DNA from: Fimbriiglobus sp.
Lineage (GTDB): Bacteria > Planctomycetota > Planctomycetia > Gemmatales > Gemmataceae
Reading direction: 5' to 3'
NCBI GenBank assembly: GCA_051659845.1
Contig: JBOFPH010000075.1
Location: 97,994-161,993 of the forward strand
Length of the DNA: 64,000 nt
Shown here: one piece after another, positions 52,485 through 63,600 of the stretch
How positions within the stretch are numbered: the stretch's first letter is position 1
Layout: every line of letters begins with the position of its first letter
Made by a program: the position numbers and the translations under genes
Notes under the pieces: generated by a model
Database searches by the model: none
Told to the model about the DNA's origin: nothing
The model's input: the letters and a program-made list of their open reading frames with translations, nothing else

Positions 52485-52886
52485 ATGGCGAAAGAAAAAC
52501 TCGGGGAATTGATCCCTGTCGGGGGTGGTGACCCGATCCCGCTGATGCAGGATGTCGTCACCATTGGTCGGCGAGAGTCCTGCGATATCTGCTTGAAGTT
52601 CCAGAACATTTCGAGCCAGCACTGCGAACTGGTCTTCAACAACGGCCGGTGGACGGTCAAGGATTTGAAAAGCTCGAACGGCGTCAAAGTCAACGGGGGC
52701 GAACGCCTGTTGCCTCATGCTGCTCGAATCCTGGCACCGGGCGACGAAATCAGTCTGGCCACGCACAAGTTCGTGATCCAGTATCAACCCGGTGCCGATG
52801 TCGAAGAATTGATGATTGAAGAAGAGGATGCCTTCAGCCGCTCGCTGATGGAGAAGGCCGGTTTGGAGAAGCCGAAAGGGCGATAG
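52485..52886 (+). CDS. FHA-domain protein (133 aa)
   Basis: …VVTIGRRESCDICLKFQNISSQHCELVFNNGRWTVKDLKSSNGVKVNGGERL…. Confidence 0.75.
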   Translation: MAKEKLGELIPVGGGDPIPLMQDVVTIGRRESCDICLKFQNISSQHCELVFNNGRWTVKDLKSSNGVKVNGGERLLPHAARILAPGDEISLATHKFVIQYQPGADVEELMIEEEDAFSRSLMEKAGLEKPKGR

Positions 52887-52887
52887 T

Positions 52888-53343
52888 TCACTTCACCTTT
52901 TTCGCCTTGTCCGGGTAGTAGTCGGGCAGGGCGTTGCGGCGGAGAGGTGGGCTTTTGGGGTCGAGAGGTTTTTCATCCGCGGCGTCGTCTTCGGCATCCC
53001 GGTTCGCATCGATTGGGTTGGGGATGTCCGCATCGTCCACGTCATCAGGGACTTCGCCGAACTTCACTTTGTAACGAAATGCTGCGATGGCGAGGTGGTC
53101 ATTGGGCAGCAAAGCCGCTCGGCGAACCCGTTGACCATTCACACGGGTGCCGTTGGTGCTCCCAAGGTCACGAAGGATGATCAAACCATCTGTTTTGACG
53201 AGGACGCAGTGAAGCTTCGAGACACTTTTATGGTCGATGCGGATATCGCAATCTTCACTGCGACCGATGAGCGTCAGCTCCTTTTCGAGATCGATCAATG
53301 GTGCATTGTCGATCGGGACCAACCGCGCTCGCATGAATAACAA
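52888..53343 (-). CDS. FHA-domain protein (151 aa), convergent with and abutting the previous FHA gene
   Basis: …LTLIGRSEDCDIRIDHKSVSKLHCVLVKTDGLIILRDLGSTNGTRVNGQRV…. The stop codons of the two genes are separated by 1 nt. Confidence 0.75.
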   Translation of the reverse strand: MLFMRARLVPIDNAPLIDLEKELTLIGRSEDCDIRIDHKSVSKLHCVLVKTDGLIILRDLGSTNGTRVNGQRVRRAALLPNDHLAIAAFRYKVKFGEVPDDVDDADIPNPIDANRDAEDDAADEKPLDPKSPPLRRNALPDYYPDKAKKVK

Positions 53344-53378
53344 CTCCGACTGAGGTATTTGTCAACATACGGCAACAC

Positions 53379-55256
53379 TTACCGTGCTGGCAACTCCGCG
53401 AGCCGAGATTCTACCCTGGCACTCAACTTAGCCGCCTGTTCCCCGCGTCCTGGGAAGTTGGCCTTCTGGGCAGGTGCGTAGTCCAGATAGCGCTTCCACC
53501 AGCCTAGGGCTTCTTGCCATTCGGCCCGAGCCTGGTCGCGTGCTCTCTCGACCAGATTCGTTGGTTTGTTCTCTTGGCGATAGCGATCGTAAGTGAGTTG
53601 CGAGCGCTCCGCTTGTTCGTGACGGCAGATGGCCAGGAGATAGGTCGACTCCGCGGCAGACGATTCGCTGATGGTCATATCAAGTAGTGCAGAGACGGCG
53701 GCAGGGTTCCCTTTCCAATGGGCTTCGATGTCCTTCAGGGCTGCCTGAAACTCCAAACTATCGGCTCCGAAGCGGTCTCTTGCCCGTAGTAAACTCGTAT
53801 AGACTGGCTTCGCGCCCGCGAGCCAGGTGGTGATGTTCTCGTCTCGAGAGCGGTCTGTGCGAAGCCTTTCGATCCCCTTCAAGTAGTCATCACGCTTCTT
53901 CACCAGAACTGGTGTGACCTCCGCGAATTGGCCACGTTGAATCCGTTCCCGGGGGCTGGGGCTTTCGACGAAGGACTTCACAAAGGATTGCAAACTATTC
54001 TCTCGAAGTCGATCGCTCACTTCAGGCACTCCTGGATCGTTGGCCGTCGGGCGTAGGATCTCAGGGATGCTGAAGAGGCCCATCGGAATCAGGTCTCGAC
54101 GGAAGAAAACCTGGAGTTCCTGGTTCGTGCTAAAGCCACCTTCCTGAGGCGGGAGGAAGTGAGCGAGAGTGCGGCTCAGGGTGTAAGGATCGGCTTCGGG
54201 TGCCCAGACGGCGAACGGGATGTTCGGGGCCTCACGTTTCGCTTGAGCGAGCTGGGCAACCAAATCCGTAGCGAGTTGCACGGGCGGGAGATCGGTTTTC
54301 AACTCTGGCTCGAAACGCTTCCAACGTCGGGCCAAACTGCTCAGGGCCGGCGAAAAGAAGACTTGAGATTTCGTGATGTCTTCAATCGGAGTGTCCCACG
54401 GTGCCGCGGCATTGGTACGGTATGGATCGAGCAGTTTGGCATCCGCGCGGACTTGTGCAAGAGTGAGGATCGATTGATTCGCTCCGCGAAGTGCCGTCGA
54501 GTGCCAAGGGTCAAAAAGTAGCACCTCAGCCCCGACACGGACCCCGACTGCCCAAAATGGTCCACTCGGGGCGGATGCGAGATTCTGTGGGTTCGAGCGA
54601 TGTTGCCAGGTGCGTGTCACCGCTTCCGGTGGACCGACCAGCCCAGCATCGATCTCCAACTGGTTCAGCAACGAAATGAAGAGGTAGGCACGTTCGAGAC
54701 CGCTGCCTGCACCTCTGAGCAAGATCATGTTCGGCGGGGCAGGGGGCATCCAGGTTGGCTGATTGGAGACGAGCGTTTGCCACGGAGCGAGAAGAATTTG
54801 CCGATCCATCCAATCGAAGACAATCTCCGCTTGCCGGGTTGGAGGTAGTCCGCTCAGTCCGAGTGAACGAACAATATCACGCAGTTGGTAACACTCCGCC
54901 AGGTGATGAGCATCGAGCGGACTGAAGTTCGAATTGCGAATATCCCGGAGTTCAGGTTCGGGAAGTTTTAGCACCCCCAGAAGTTGTTTCTCTTCTGCGC
55001 CAGTCATGCCCAGAGGGAGGAATTTGGCGTCCGAGCTGGAGATGAGGTTGGTGCGGAGCTGCTCCAGGATCTTCCGTGTGGAGGCGAGATCGTTTTCGCG
55101 GCGAAGTGTCTCCGGGATTCTGGCCCAGGGGTCTTCGTTACGTTTTTCTGCTGACTCTTTCGGGATGTCAGCGGGTTTGGTCGAGCAACCCAACCCAAGG
55201 ACCGAGACAATGAGTATTAAAGAGAGGCTGAAGTATGTGCGGTTGTGAAACATCAT
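53379..55256 (-). CDS. Large lipoprotein, hypothetical
   Basis: Start [25 protein letters not shown] (lipobox), chosen over the upstream Arg-rich extension. Overlaps the kdsA stop by 4 nt. Confidence 0.5.
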   Translation of the reverse strand: MMFHNRTYFSLSLILIVSVLGLGCSTKPADIPKESAEKRNEDPWARIPETLRRENDLASTRKILEQLRTNLISSSDAKFLPLGMTGAEEKQLLGVLKLPEPELRDIRNSNFSPLDAHHLAECYQLRDIVRSLGLSGLPPTRQAEIVFDWMDRQILLAPWQTLVSNQPTWMPPAPPNMILLRGAGSGLERAYLFISLLNQLEIDAGLVGPPEAVTRTWQHRSNPQNLASAPSGPFWAVGVRVGAEVLLFDPWHSTALRGANQSILTLAQVRADAKLLDPYRTNAAAPWDTPIEDITKSQVFFSPALSSLARRWKRFEPELKTDLPPVQLATDLVAQLAQAKREAPNIPFAVWAPEADPYTLSRTLAHFLPPQEGGFSTNQELQVFFRRDLIPMGLFSIPEILRPTANDPGVPEVSDRLRENSLQSFVKSFVESPSPRERIQRGQFAEVTPVLVKKRDDYLKGIERLRTDRSRDENITTWLAGAKPVYTSLLRARDRFGADSLEFQAALKDIEAHWKGNPAAVSALLDMTISESSAAESTYLLAICRHEQAERSQLTYDRYRQENKPTNLVERARDQARAEWQEALGWWKRYLDYAPAQKANFPGRGEQAAKLSARVESRLAELPAR

Positions 55257-56098
55257 TTGGTTCCTGGCTCGTCGAGGGCAGCGCGCAAGCGAAGCACCGA
55301 AGCGATCAAGCGGGGGAACTCCTCCAGAGGAATCATGTTCGGGCCGTCGCTCGGAGCTGAATCCGGCGTCGGGTGGGTTTCCAGGAATAGACCATCGCAT
55401 CCTGCGGCGACTGCCGCTCGCGCGAGCGTCGGGACCATGCCTCGGTCTCCGCCTGTGCGGTCTCCCAAAGCTCCCGGAGTCTGTACGCTGTGGGTGGCAT
55501 CAAAGATCACGGGTGCGCCCGTTTCCTGCATCCACGGGATCGACCGCATATCATTGACGAGCAGCCCGTAGCCAAACGTGGTCCCGCGTTCGGTCAACAA
55601 ACACCGCTCATTCCCCGCTTCACGGAGCTTGGAAACGACGTTTTTCATATCCCAAGGGGCCATGAATTGCCCTTTTTTGACATTCACCACCCGGCCCGTC
55701 TGACCGGCGGCGAGGATTAAGTCTGTTTGTCGGGCGAGAAACGCGGGGATTTGCAGAATCTCACAGACTTGGGCCGTGGGCTGAGCATGCGAAACTTCGT
55801 GGATATCCGTCGTGACTGGTAGCCCTGTCGCGGTGCGGACTTCATCCAGAATCTTCAGCCCAGCTTCCAGTCCGACTCCACGGAAGGATTTCCCAGAACT
55901 GCGATTGGCTTTGTCAAAGGAAGCCTTGAACACCAGTGGGAAGTTCAGCTTTTCGGCGATGACCCGTAAGTCCTCGGCGAGTCGAAGAGTAAACTCCCGA
56001 GACTCGATCACACACGGCCCAGCGATCACCAAGAGCGGCGCACCCCCGCCCACCTGGTGCGTTCCCACTTCGACTCGACGTCTTGACATCACGGCCAC
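55253..56098 (-). CDS. kdsA: 3-deoxy-D-manno-octulosonate-8-phosphate synthase
   Basis: …[14 protein letters not shown]…, which is identical to the E. coli KdsA core. Also …[12 protein letters not shown]…, …DATHSVQ…, …LFLETHP…. Confidence 0.9.
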   Translation of the reverse strand: MAVMSRRRVEVGTHQVGGGAPLLVIAGPCVIESREFTLRLAEDLRVIAEKLNFPLVFKASFDKANRSSGKSFRGVGLEAGLKILDEVRTATGLPVTTDIHEVSHAQPTAQVCEILQIPAFLARQTDLILAAGQTGRVVNVKKGQFMAPWDMKNVVSKLREAGNERCLLTERGTTFGYGLLVNDMRSIPWMQETGAPVIFDATHSVQTPGALGDRTGGDRGMVPTLARAAVAAGCDGLFLETHPTPDSAPSDGPNMIPLEEFPRLIASVLRLRAALDEPGTK

Positions 56099-56207
56099 CC
56101 TCCTTGAACTCGATTGCTAGATTACGGGTTTCGGCGGCGAGTGTACCGTGACAGCGTGCGAACCTCTGCTAGCATAGCCCCATCAAAGAAGGTGGAGGTT
56201 TTGTGCG

Positions 56208-58688
56208 ATGCGGATTCCGTTGAGTTGGCTCCAGGATTATGTGACTCTCCCCGAGCCGACGGCTCTCGTCGAACGGCTGACCGTTTCTGGCTTGGAAGTC
56301 GGGTCGGTGGAGCGCTTTGGTGGGGCTTCCTCGCCACTCGAATGGGAACCGACCAAAGTCGTTGTCGCCAAAGTCCTCAAAATCGAAAAACACCCAGACG
56401 CTGACAAACTGAAGCTGGTGACGGTCGATTACGGCGCAGCTGCTCCGAAGACGGTCATCACCGGCGCACAGAACATCGCCATCGGTGAATCGGGCATGAA
56501 GGTCGTCTTGGGCCTCCAAGGCACTCGTTACTTCTACACCGACAAAGACGGCAAGAAAGCCACGTTTACCCTCGAACCGAAGCCGCTTCGTGGCATCATG
56601 AATGATGCCATGTGCATGTCCGACTTCGAACTTGGCATCTCCGAAGATCACGACGGCATCATCATCCTCGACGACAACGACCCGGCACCCGGAACGCCAA
56701 TTCAAGCCGTCCTCGGGGAAACGGTCCTGGAAATCGATGTCCTCCCGAACATGGCCCGCTGCCTGGGGATGCTCGGCGTCGCAAGGGAAGTCGCGGCGCT
56801 CACCGGTGCAACGGCTCGGGAGCCAGATCTTTCGTTCTCGACGGCCAAGGATTCGGTTGTTGGCAAAGTCCAAGTTCAAATCGACGATGCCAAACTCTGC
56901 CCGCGTTACTCCGCCACCATCATTCGCAACGCCAAAATCGGCCCCGCTCCTCGCTGGATGCGGACGCGGCTTCGCTACGCCGGAATGCGACCCATCTCGA
57001 ACATCGTGGACATCACCAACTATGTGATGCTCGAATACGGCCAGCCGCTTCATGCCTTCGATTACGATGTCCTTGTGAAACGCGCCGCTGGCCAAAGCCC
57101 AACCATCATCGTCCGCCGAGCGAAAGCCGGCGAAAAGCTCGTGACCCTCGACAAGATCGAACACGAGCTGAGCCAAGATCATCTCGTGATCGCTGATACC
57201 GCTGGCCCGATCGCCCTCGCGGGCGTCATGGGTGGGCTGGAGACCGAAGTCACGGAGTCGACACAAACGATTCTGCTCGAATCCGCGGCATTCGACCCTG
57301 TCAGCATTCGCAAGACCGCCCGCCAGTTCACGCTCTTCAGCGAAGCGAGTACCCGGTTCACCAAGGGAATCCATCCCGAAGTCGTCCCGCTGGCTGCCAA
57401 ACGTGCGGCTCAGTTCCTGGCCCAACACGCTGGCGGGGAAGTGCTCGCGGGTGTTGTCGAGCAATATCCTGTGCCATCGCCGCCGCAGGTCATCGACTTA
57501 AACTTTGCTGAGGTCGAGCGAGTTCTCGGCTTCCGCCCACTGGAGGGCGAAATCGACCGCATCTTGCGAGCCTTACAGTTCGGCGTCGAGGACACGCTCT
57601 GGGGTCGTAAGGTCACCGTGCCACCGAACCGGCTGGATATTCAAGCCGGCCCCGCGGACTTGATCGAAGAGATCGCCCGAATCCTGGGTTACGACAACCT
57701 CCCAACTCGGTTGTTGCCTTTCGAGTTACCCACGCAATCGGGGAACGATTCCCTCGCCTTCGAACAAGAAGTGCAAGATCGCCTTGTGGACCTCGGCGTC
57801 TCGGAGGCGATCACATACTCACTCAGCGGTGAACAGGCCGAGTTGCCGTTCGTGCAGAGTGAACCCGTTCGCCTGCTGAATGGCATCTCGCCCGAGCGTG
57901 GAATTCTCCGCCGGACGTTGCTTCCAGGCTTGTTGGCCGTCGCCAACGACAACCTGGATCGGGTGCCCAGTGTGGCCCTGTTCGAACTTGGCCCGGTGTA
58001 CATCGCGGAAGGGTCGAAACTGCCGAGTGAACCTCGTCGCTTGGCTTTGATCCTCGCCGGTCGCGCCAGCACCGCCGCTTGGGATGACCCACTGGGGGTG
58101 AAGCCCAAGAGCTACGATTTCTACGACCTCAAAGGAGTCCTCGAAGGCCTCTTCGCTCACCTGCATCTGCCATCGGCTTCCTACACTTCTTCGCCCGAAG
58201 TGGCCTATTTACATCCAGGCCGTGCGGCCAAGGTGATCATCGCAGGGCAGACCGTTGGCCACTTCGGTGAGTTACACCCCAAGACGGCAATGGCTTACAA
58301 ACACCTCAAAGAGAAGGCCGTGGTTGTTGCAGAACTCGACCTCGATTTGCTTCAGTCGCTGGTTCCGTCACGTTTCGCTTACAAACCGGTCAGCATCTTC
58401 CCGCCGGTCACCCGAGACATGGCCATCGTGGTCTCAGACGAGGTTCCCGCCGAGACGGTTGTGTCTGAACTCCAAGCCGGCGGCGGGGAACTGCTCGAAT
58501 CCGTGATGCTCTTCGATGTCTACCGTGGCGAAAGCATTCCCGCGGGGACCAAGAGCCTCGCCTACGCCCTGACGTACCGGGTCATCGAGCGGCAGTTGAC
58601 CGACAAAGAGGTGGATAAGGTCCACCAGAAGATCGAAGGCCGTTTGAAACACATGCTGAAAGCCACAATCCGTGGCCGGGAGGGCTAA
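56208..58688 (+). CDS. pheT: Phenylalanine--tRNA ligase beta subunit
   Basis: N-terminus MRIPLSWLQDYV…. tRNA-binding, B3/B4, B5 and FDX-ACB regions. 826 aa. Confidence 0.95.
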   Translation: MRIPLSWLQDYVTLPEPTALVERLTVSGLEVGSVERFGGASSPLEWEPTKVVVAKVLKIEKHPDADKLKLVTVDYGAAAPKTVITGAQNIAIGESGMKVVLGLQGTRYFYTDKDGKKATFTLEPKPLRGIMNDAMCMSDFELGISEDHDGIIILDDNDPAPGTPIQAVLGETVLEIDVLPNMARCLGMLGVAREVAALTGATAREPDLSFSTAKDSVVGKVQVQIDDAKLCPRYSATIIRNAKIGPAPRWMRTRLRYAGMRPISNIVDITNYVMLEYGQPLHAFDYDVLVKRAAGQSPTIIVRRAKAGEKLVTLDKIEHELSQDHLVIADTAGPIALAGVMGGLETEVTESTQTILLESAAFDPVSIRKTARQFTLFSEASTRFTKGIHPEVVPLAAKRAAQFLAQHAGGEVLAGVVEQYPVPSPPQVIDLNFAEVERVLGFRPLEGEIDRILRALQFGVEDTLWGRKVTVPPNRLDIQAGPADLIEEIARILGYDNLPTRLLPFELPTQSGNDSLAFEQEVQDRLVDLGVSEAITYSLSGEQAELPFVQSEPVRLLNGISPERGILRRTLLPGLLAVANDNLDRVPSVALFELGPVYIAEGSKLPSEPRRLALILAGRASTAAWDDPLGVKPKSYDFYDLKGVLEGLFAHLHLPSASYTSSPEVAYLHPGRAAKVIIAGQTVGHFGELHPKTAMAYKHLKEKAVVVAELDLDLLQSLVPSRFAYKPVSIFPPVTRDMAIVVSDEVPAETVVSELQAGGGELLESVMLFDVYRGESIPAGTKSLAYALTYRVIERQLTDKEVDKVHQKIEGRLKHMLKATIRGREG

Positions 58689-58691
58689 GCG

Positions 58692-59339
58692 ATGGAAGCC
58701 GAAACCTGGCAACCCCTGCCGGACTACGAACGGCGTGTGCTCGGAGTCTTGATCGAAAAGAGCAAGACCTCGAAAAGCCCCGATGCCTACCCGATGACGC
58801 TGAACAGCATCACGACGGGATGCAATCAAAAATCCAACCGCGAACCCATCTACGAGTTGGATGAGGATATCGTCGAGTCGACTCTCACGGACCTGCAACG
58901 CAAGGGAATCGTCGTCAAAATGGTTGGCTCGCGGGCTGATCGCTGGCGGCATCAGCTCTATGAGTTGTGGAAGGTCGACAAAGTCGAGATGGCGATTCTG
59001 GCAGAGTTGCTTCTGCGTGGTCCTCAGACCGAAGGCGACCTGCGTGGCCGAGCCAGCCGCATGGAGGAAATCGCAGACCTGGAGACACTCCGCCAGCATC
59101 TGAAGAAGCTCGAAACCCGCAATTTGGTCGTCTATCTGACTTCCCCAGATCGCCGAGGTGCTATGCTCACGCACGGGTTTCATACCCCCGAAGAACTTTC
59201 CGATGCTCGTCAGGCAGATTCTCAAAGAGCCCCTGAATTGACAACTTCCCGGACAGCCCAGGAGGACAGAATTGTGGCCCTGGAAGAAAGAGTCGCGCGA
59301 CTTGAGGCCGCAGTTGCAAACGTGTTAGCAGCCCGATAG
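58692..59339 (+). CDS. YceH/DUF480 (UPF0502) family protein
   Basis: …LSPDELRVLGVLIEK…TTPDQYPLSLN…CNQKSNREPI… pattern, here as RRVLGVLIEKSKTSKSPDAYPMTLNSITTGCNQKSNREPI. A second winged-helix repeat follows (…AILAELLLRGPQTEGDLRGRASRM…). Starts 3 nt after pheT. Confidence 0.75.
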   Translation: MEAETWQPLPDYERRVLGVLIEKSKTSKSPDAYPMTLNSITTGCNQKSNREPIYELDEDIVESTLTDLQRKGIVVKMVGSRADRWRHQLYELWKVDKVEMAILAELLLRGPQTEGDLRGRASRMEEIADLETLRQHLKKLETRNLVVYLTSPDRRGAMLTHGFHTPEELSDARQADSQRAPELTTSRTAQEDRIVALEERVARLEAAVANVLAAR

Positions 59340-59513
59340 GAAATCATGCTATGGGTTCTCAGGTCGTCTGAGAAATCGACATGAAATTCCCTTATTTTTG
59401 GCGGTTACCTATGAATTTTGCGCGCATCAACTGAAACAGATATTAGATTCGAACTACACCGATGAGTGGAAACCAGGAAGGATCGCCCACGACCCCAAGG
59501 AAGGAAGGTCCAG

Positions 59514-60617
59514 ATGAGGTCTCTCGTGCACACCGTGGCTCCTGAACCAAAACCCACACTCTCCCCAGCGACAATCACGCTCGAGGGCGATACCCTTTCC
59601 ACGCAAGAGCGCTACTCGATTTTGATCGTCGATGACGAACCTGCGATCCTTGCTCTTCTTTCGAACCAGTTGGCTCGTGACTTTCGGGTGATCACCGCTT
59701 GCAGTACGGAACAAGCGAAGCGCGCCATTATGGTTCACAGCCCGGATATTGTCCTTAGCGATTTGCAACTCCCAGATGGCAGCGGGCTGGAGTTCCTGAC
59801 TTGGGTTCAATCAACGATTCCCTCGAGTCGCCGTGTTCTCCTCACCGGCACCGCCAGTATCGAAGACGCCGCGGATGCAATCAATTGCTCCCGTGTTCAC
59901 CGGCTGCTGTTGAAACCCTGGCGTGGCGAACACCTGCTCGAGACGATCAACTCCGTGGCCCACTCCCTCATGATCGAGCGAAGCCACTCTCACCTCGTGA
60001 GTCAGCTTCGCCACTCGCATTTGGAACTCGAACAACGGGTTGCCGATCGTACCCGTGAACTCGAAGTGGCGAACCAACAGCTTCAGCTGAAGAACTTGAT
60101 TCTGGAAAAGATGGCCCTCACGGACCCACTCACAGGGTTACCGAACCGCCGTTCGATCGAGTTGGTCGCTCGCAAAGAATTGATTCGCCGCACTCGGCTC
60201 AAACGGCCCACGGCCATTGGGATCATTGACGCGGATCGGTTCAAGTCGATCAACTCGAAGTATCTATTATGTGGTGGTGACCACGTCCTCAACTGGCTCG
60301 CGCAAATCCTCCAGAACTCGACACGCTCCTCGGATTCGATCGGTCGTGTCGGCGGTGAAGAGTTCATGGTGGTGGCCCCAGATACGGATGTTGCCGGTGC
60401 CAACGTGTTGGCCGAACGGCTACGCTCCACAGTAGCCGCTCAGCCGACGATTTACCAAGGGGAGTCAATCCCCATCACCGTCAGCATCGGTATGGCAGTA
60501 CTCGATTCCGACGCCATCATCACTTACGAGCAACTTCGCTCGGTTGCCACGGCTGCCTTGGACGAAGCCAAGAGCCAAGGTCGTAACTGCTGTGTGACCA
60601 AGATTTATCAAGCCTAA
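59514..60617 (+). CDS. Response-regulator receiver fused to GGDEF diguanylate cyclase (PleD-like)
   Basis: Receiver …ILIVDDEPAIL…IVLSDLQLPDGSG…. GGDEF domain with RVGGEEF and the substrate-binding motif DPLTGLPNRR. Start ATG 59514 after an AAGGAAGG RBS. Confidence 0.85.
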   Translation: MRSLVHTVAPEPKPTLSPATITLEGDTLSTQERYSILIVDDEPAILALLSNQLARDFRVITACSTEQAKRAIMVHSPDIVLSDLQLPDGSGLEFLTWVQSTIPSSRRVLLTGTASIEDAADAINCSRVHRLLLKPWRGEHLLETINSVAHSLMIERSHSHLVSQLRHSHLELEQRVADRTRELEVANQQLQLKNLILEKMALTDPLTGLPNRRSIELVARKELIRRTRLKRPTAIGIIDADRFKSINSKYLLCGGDHVLNWLAQILQNSTRSSDSIGRVGGEEFMVVAPDTDVAGANVLAERLRSTVAAQPTIYQGESIPITVSIGMAVLDSDAIITYEQLRSVATAALDEAKSQGRNCCVTKIYQA

Positions 60618-63600
60618 TTAACTTGGGCCTTTGGGGCTTTCCGCTTCAAAGGCTCGATACTGTGGCAGATCCATCGGGTGCACGCCCCCTGGTTCTAACC
60701 CACGATCTTGGGCTTGCTTGAAAGCCCCCTTCACTTCAGCAGCCTTCCCTTCGGGTTGACCCTTTTTGGCCAGTGCCAAGTGGAACATCCGCAGCCCCGT
60801 TTTCTCCTGAGTGAGTGCCTCGACCAGATCACGTTCCGCCAAGTCAAACTGTTTCGCCGCGATGCGGATGCGAGCGCGGGTATCGAGCAACTCAGGCGTG
60901 AGGCCCGCTTCCGCAACGGCTCGATCAACCAACTCCAAGGCCTTAGCCGCCGACTCCGGCCGCGGCGAGAGAATCCAAGCCAAATTGTTGAGGGCGACGA
61001 CGTTCCGTGGCTCGTGTTGCAAAACGGCTTCGAATACAGCCTGAGCCTTGGCGTAGTCTTGTTTCAAGGTGTAGAACTCGCCTTCATTCAGCTTCGTGGC
61101 AAGCGAGTTGCTATCGGCTGCTCGGGCGGCTTGCATCCATTCTTGCACAGTTGCGAACTGCCGTTCGGAAGCACCAGCCGTTCGTAACAATGCCAACCCG
61201 GCTGCTGCTCTTGTACTCGCTGAGACTCGCGTGGTGTACTTCTCGACGAGCCGAATCGCATCCGCGTGACGGCCATCCAAACCCATCAACCCTGCGGCGG
61301 CCACAAGGGCTTCTGGGCGCGAATGAATCAGGCTTTCGTAACGCTCGGTTGCCGCTGCGATCATGCGACTCGCCAGCGGAGTCTTGCGGACCTGCGGCAA
61401 CCGTGCCAGTTCATCCAACAACTCCGCGACTCGTGCGGACTTGGCGGGGAGATCACCGGCCGAGGCATCCGCGGTGCGTGCGTAACTCTCGGCGAGCGAA
61501 AGCCCACGATCTGCCCGACCCGCTTTGCACTCGTAAACCGCGACGGTTCGCAGAGCACGGTAGTCCGTGGGGTAGAGTGCCAATAGCCGTTGTGCGAACG
61601 GTTCCGCCGCCCCGACTTGGGCCATGTCGGTCAGTTCTTCAAGTGCCATGATGTGGTAGTCAAGGTTCTTGGGGTCGGCTTGCAAAAGCTGATTGAGCAC
61701 ATCGACACAGGCCTTGCGATTCCCTGAGGAACGCTGCACCTGGGCAAGCAAGTACGCATCGCGCGGAGAGCGTGTCTCGGCCACGAGGGACTCCAGTGTC
61801 TTGACCGCTTGGCCGATCACTAGACGACGAGAATCGCCATCGAGGTAGCGAGAGAGTGAAGTCAGCACTGCTGCCGTCGAACGTTTTTCGTCCGGCGTGG
61901 AGCCAGCGTTCTCAGCACTCTTCGTGAGCATCTCAACGGCCCGCTGACGGTCCCGCGGATTGCCGCGCACTGCGAGCAGCATCGCCAGATTCCGGCGTGC
62001 CCAAGCCGCATCTCCGGCTTCGAGTTGGCTCGTGAGCAAGAAGTCGTCGAGCATCGCGATGGCTTCGTTTCGCTCGAAACGTGCCAGTTTGATGTTCAGC
62101 CGGGCCTGGATGAAGAGCTTGCGTTCGCTGGCTTCCACGAGTGGTGGGTTGAAGCCCTTGCCGCCTGGGGTTTCGCTGAAGCTGGCCATCGCGCTGATCC
62201 AGAGCGGCTGAGGGAGTTTCGTCTTGGATTTAGCCCAAATCGATTCGCTCGTTTGCGGCTGCCGCAAGGCGTAGCGAAGCCAATCGTCGGCTGTCGCTGT
62301 TGCCAACTCAACGGATTTGGTTTCACATTCATTCGCTTCGGTCGTCAGACCCACGGCTCGATACGTTTCGCCCAGCCAGGCGATGCCGCCGGATTCTCGT
62401 TCGCAGTAGGCCCATGCTGGTGTTAGGATTTTCTTGGCCATCGTGGCATCGGTGGAAGCTTGACGCAGCACTCGTCGGAACGGCTCACCGGCCCAGCGGT
62501 GATCGCTGGCGAGCCGTTGCACGAGACCGGTTGTCGCATCTTCGGATTTGTACATGGCCACGAACTTCAGGTAGGCTAGCATCGGCGTGAAGCGTGTTGG
62601 TTCGAGACGAACGGCTCGCTCGAAGTTCGGTTGAGCACCGTTGATGTCTTTGCGAAGCAACGCCAGTTTTGCCCGAAGGATACACACATCGGCTCGATCC
62701 GGGAAGTCGCCGTAGGCTTTGTGCAGTTCGGCCAATCGCGTGGCGACTTCAGCGTCATTTTGAGCCTGCACCGTTTGCCAACCCCGAACCAGTGCAACAC
62801 TCTTACCAGTCGTGTCGAGTGTCCCGAGTTGGGCCAAGGCTTGTTGTGACATGGTACTGTCACCGGCGCGAATCGCTCGGTCTGCGGCAGTTTCCCAGAG
62901 CGTGAGATCGTTGGGCCGGCGTTCCAGGAGTTTCTTGTAAGTCCGCAATACGGCGGCATCGTCACCCATGCGATCGAGAACTTCGACTAAACCGTATAAG
63001 AAACGGATTTGGTCATTGTCTGGCCAAGCGTCGATTTGCTGGGAAAGTCCTTCGATGGGTCGCAGTTTGGCTGGGTCGCGGGCCGCCAGGTCGGCTCGTG
63101 CGAGCCGGATGTCTGGGCCATCACCAGCCGCGGCTTGGGCTTCGTCGAGGATGGTCGATGCGGTGTTCACACCAGCGAACTTGGCCACACGATCCGCGAG
63201 GGCCACCCACAAACGGACATCACCAGGCCGGCGCGAGGCTTCGTTGCGAAGTACGGCGATCGCTTGTTTCAATTCTCCACGGGCTTCGAACAACTCCGCT
63301 TGAAGGATCGTCGGTTCGGACGACACATTGGAAGTCAGCTTCGCCAGTTCCTGGGCGATACGGTCCAATTGAGCCCATTCATTGGCCCGAGCGCCGTTGC
63401 GTTGATACTCCAACATTTTGAGCCGCAACAGGCTCGTGTGGATTTGTGGGGTCGCATACGGAGATTTCACGGCTTGCTCGTATTCTGAAATCGCTTCCGT
63501 GGTGCGGCCTGTGTTCAAATAGGATTGAGCCAAACCCACACGGGCCGTGAGCTGGTTCGGGTCTTTGTTGAGCAGCACTTTCAAGGTTTCTTGCTCTTCC

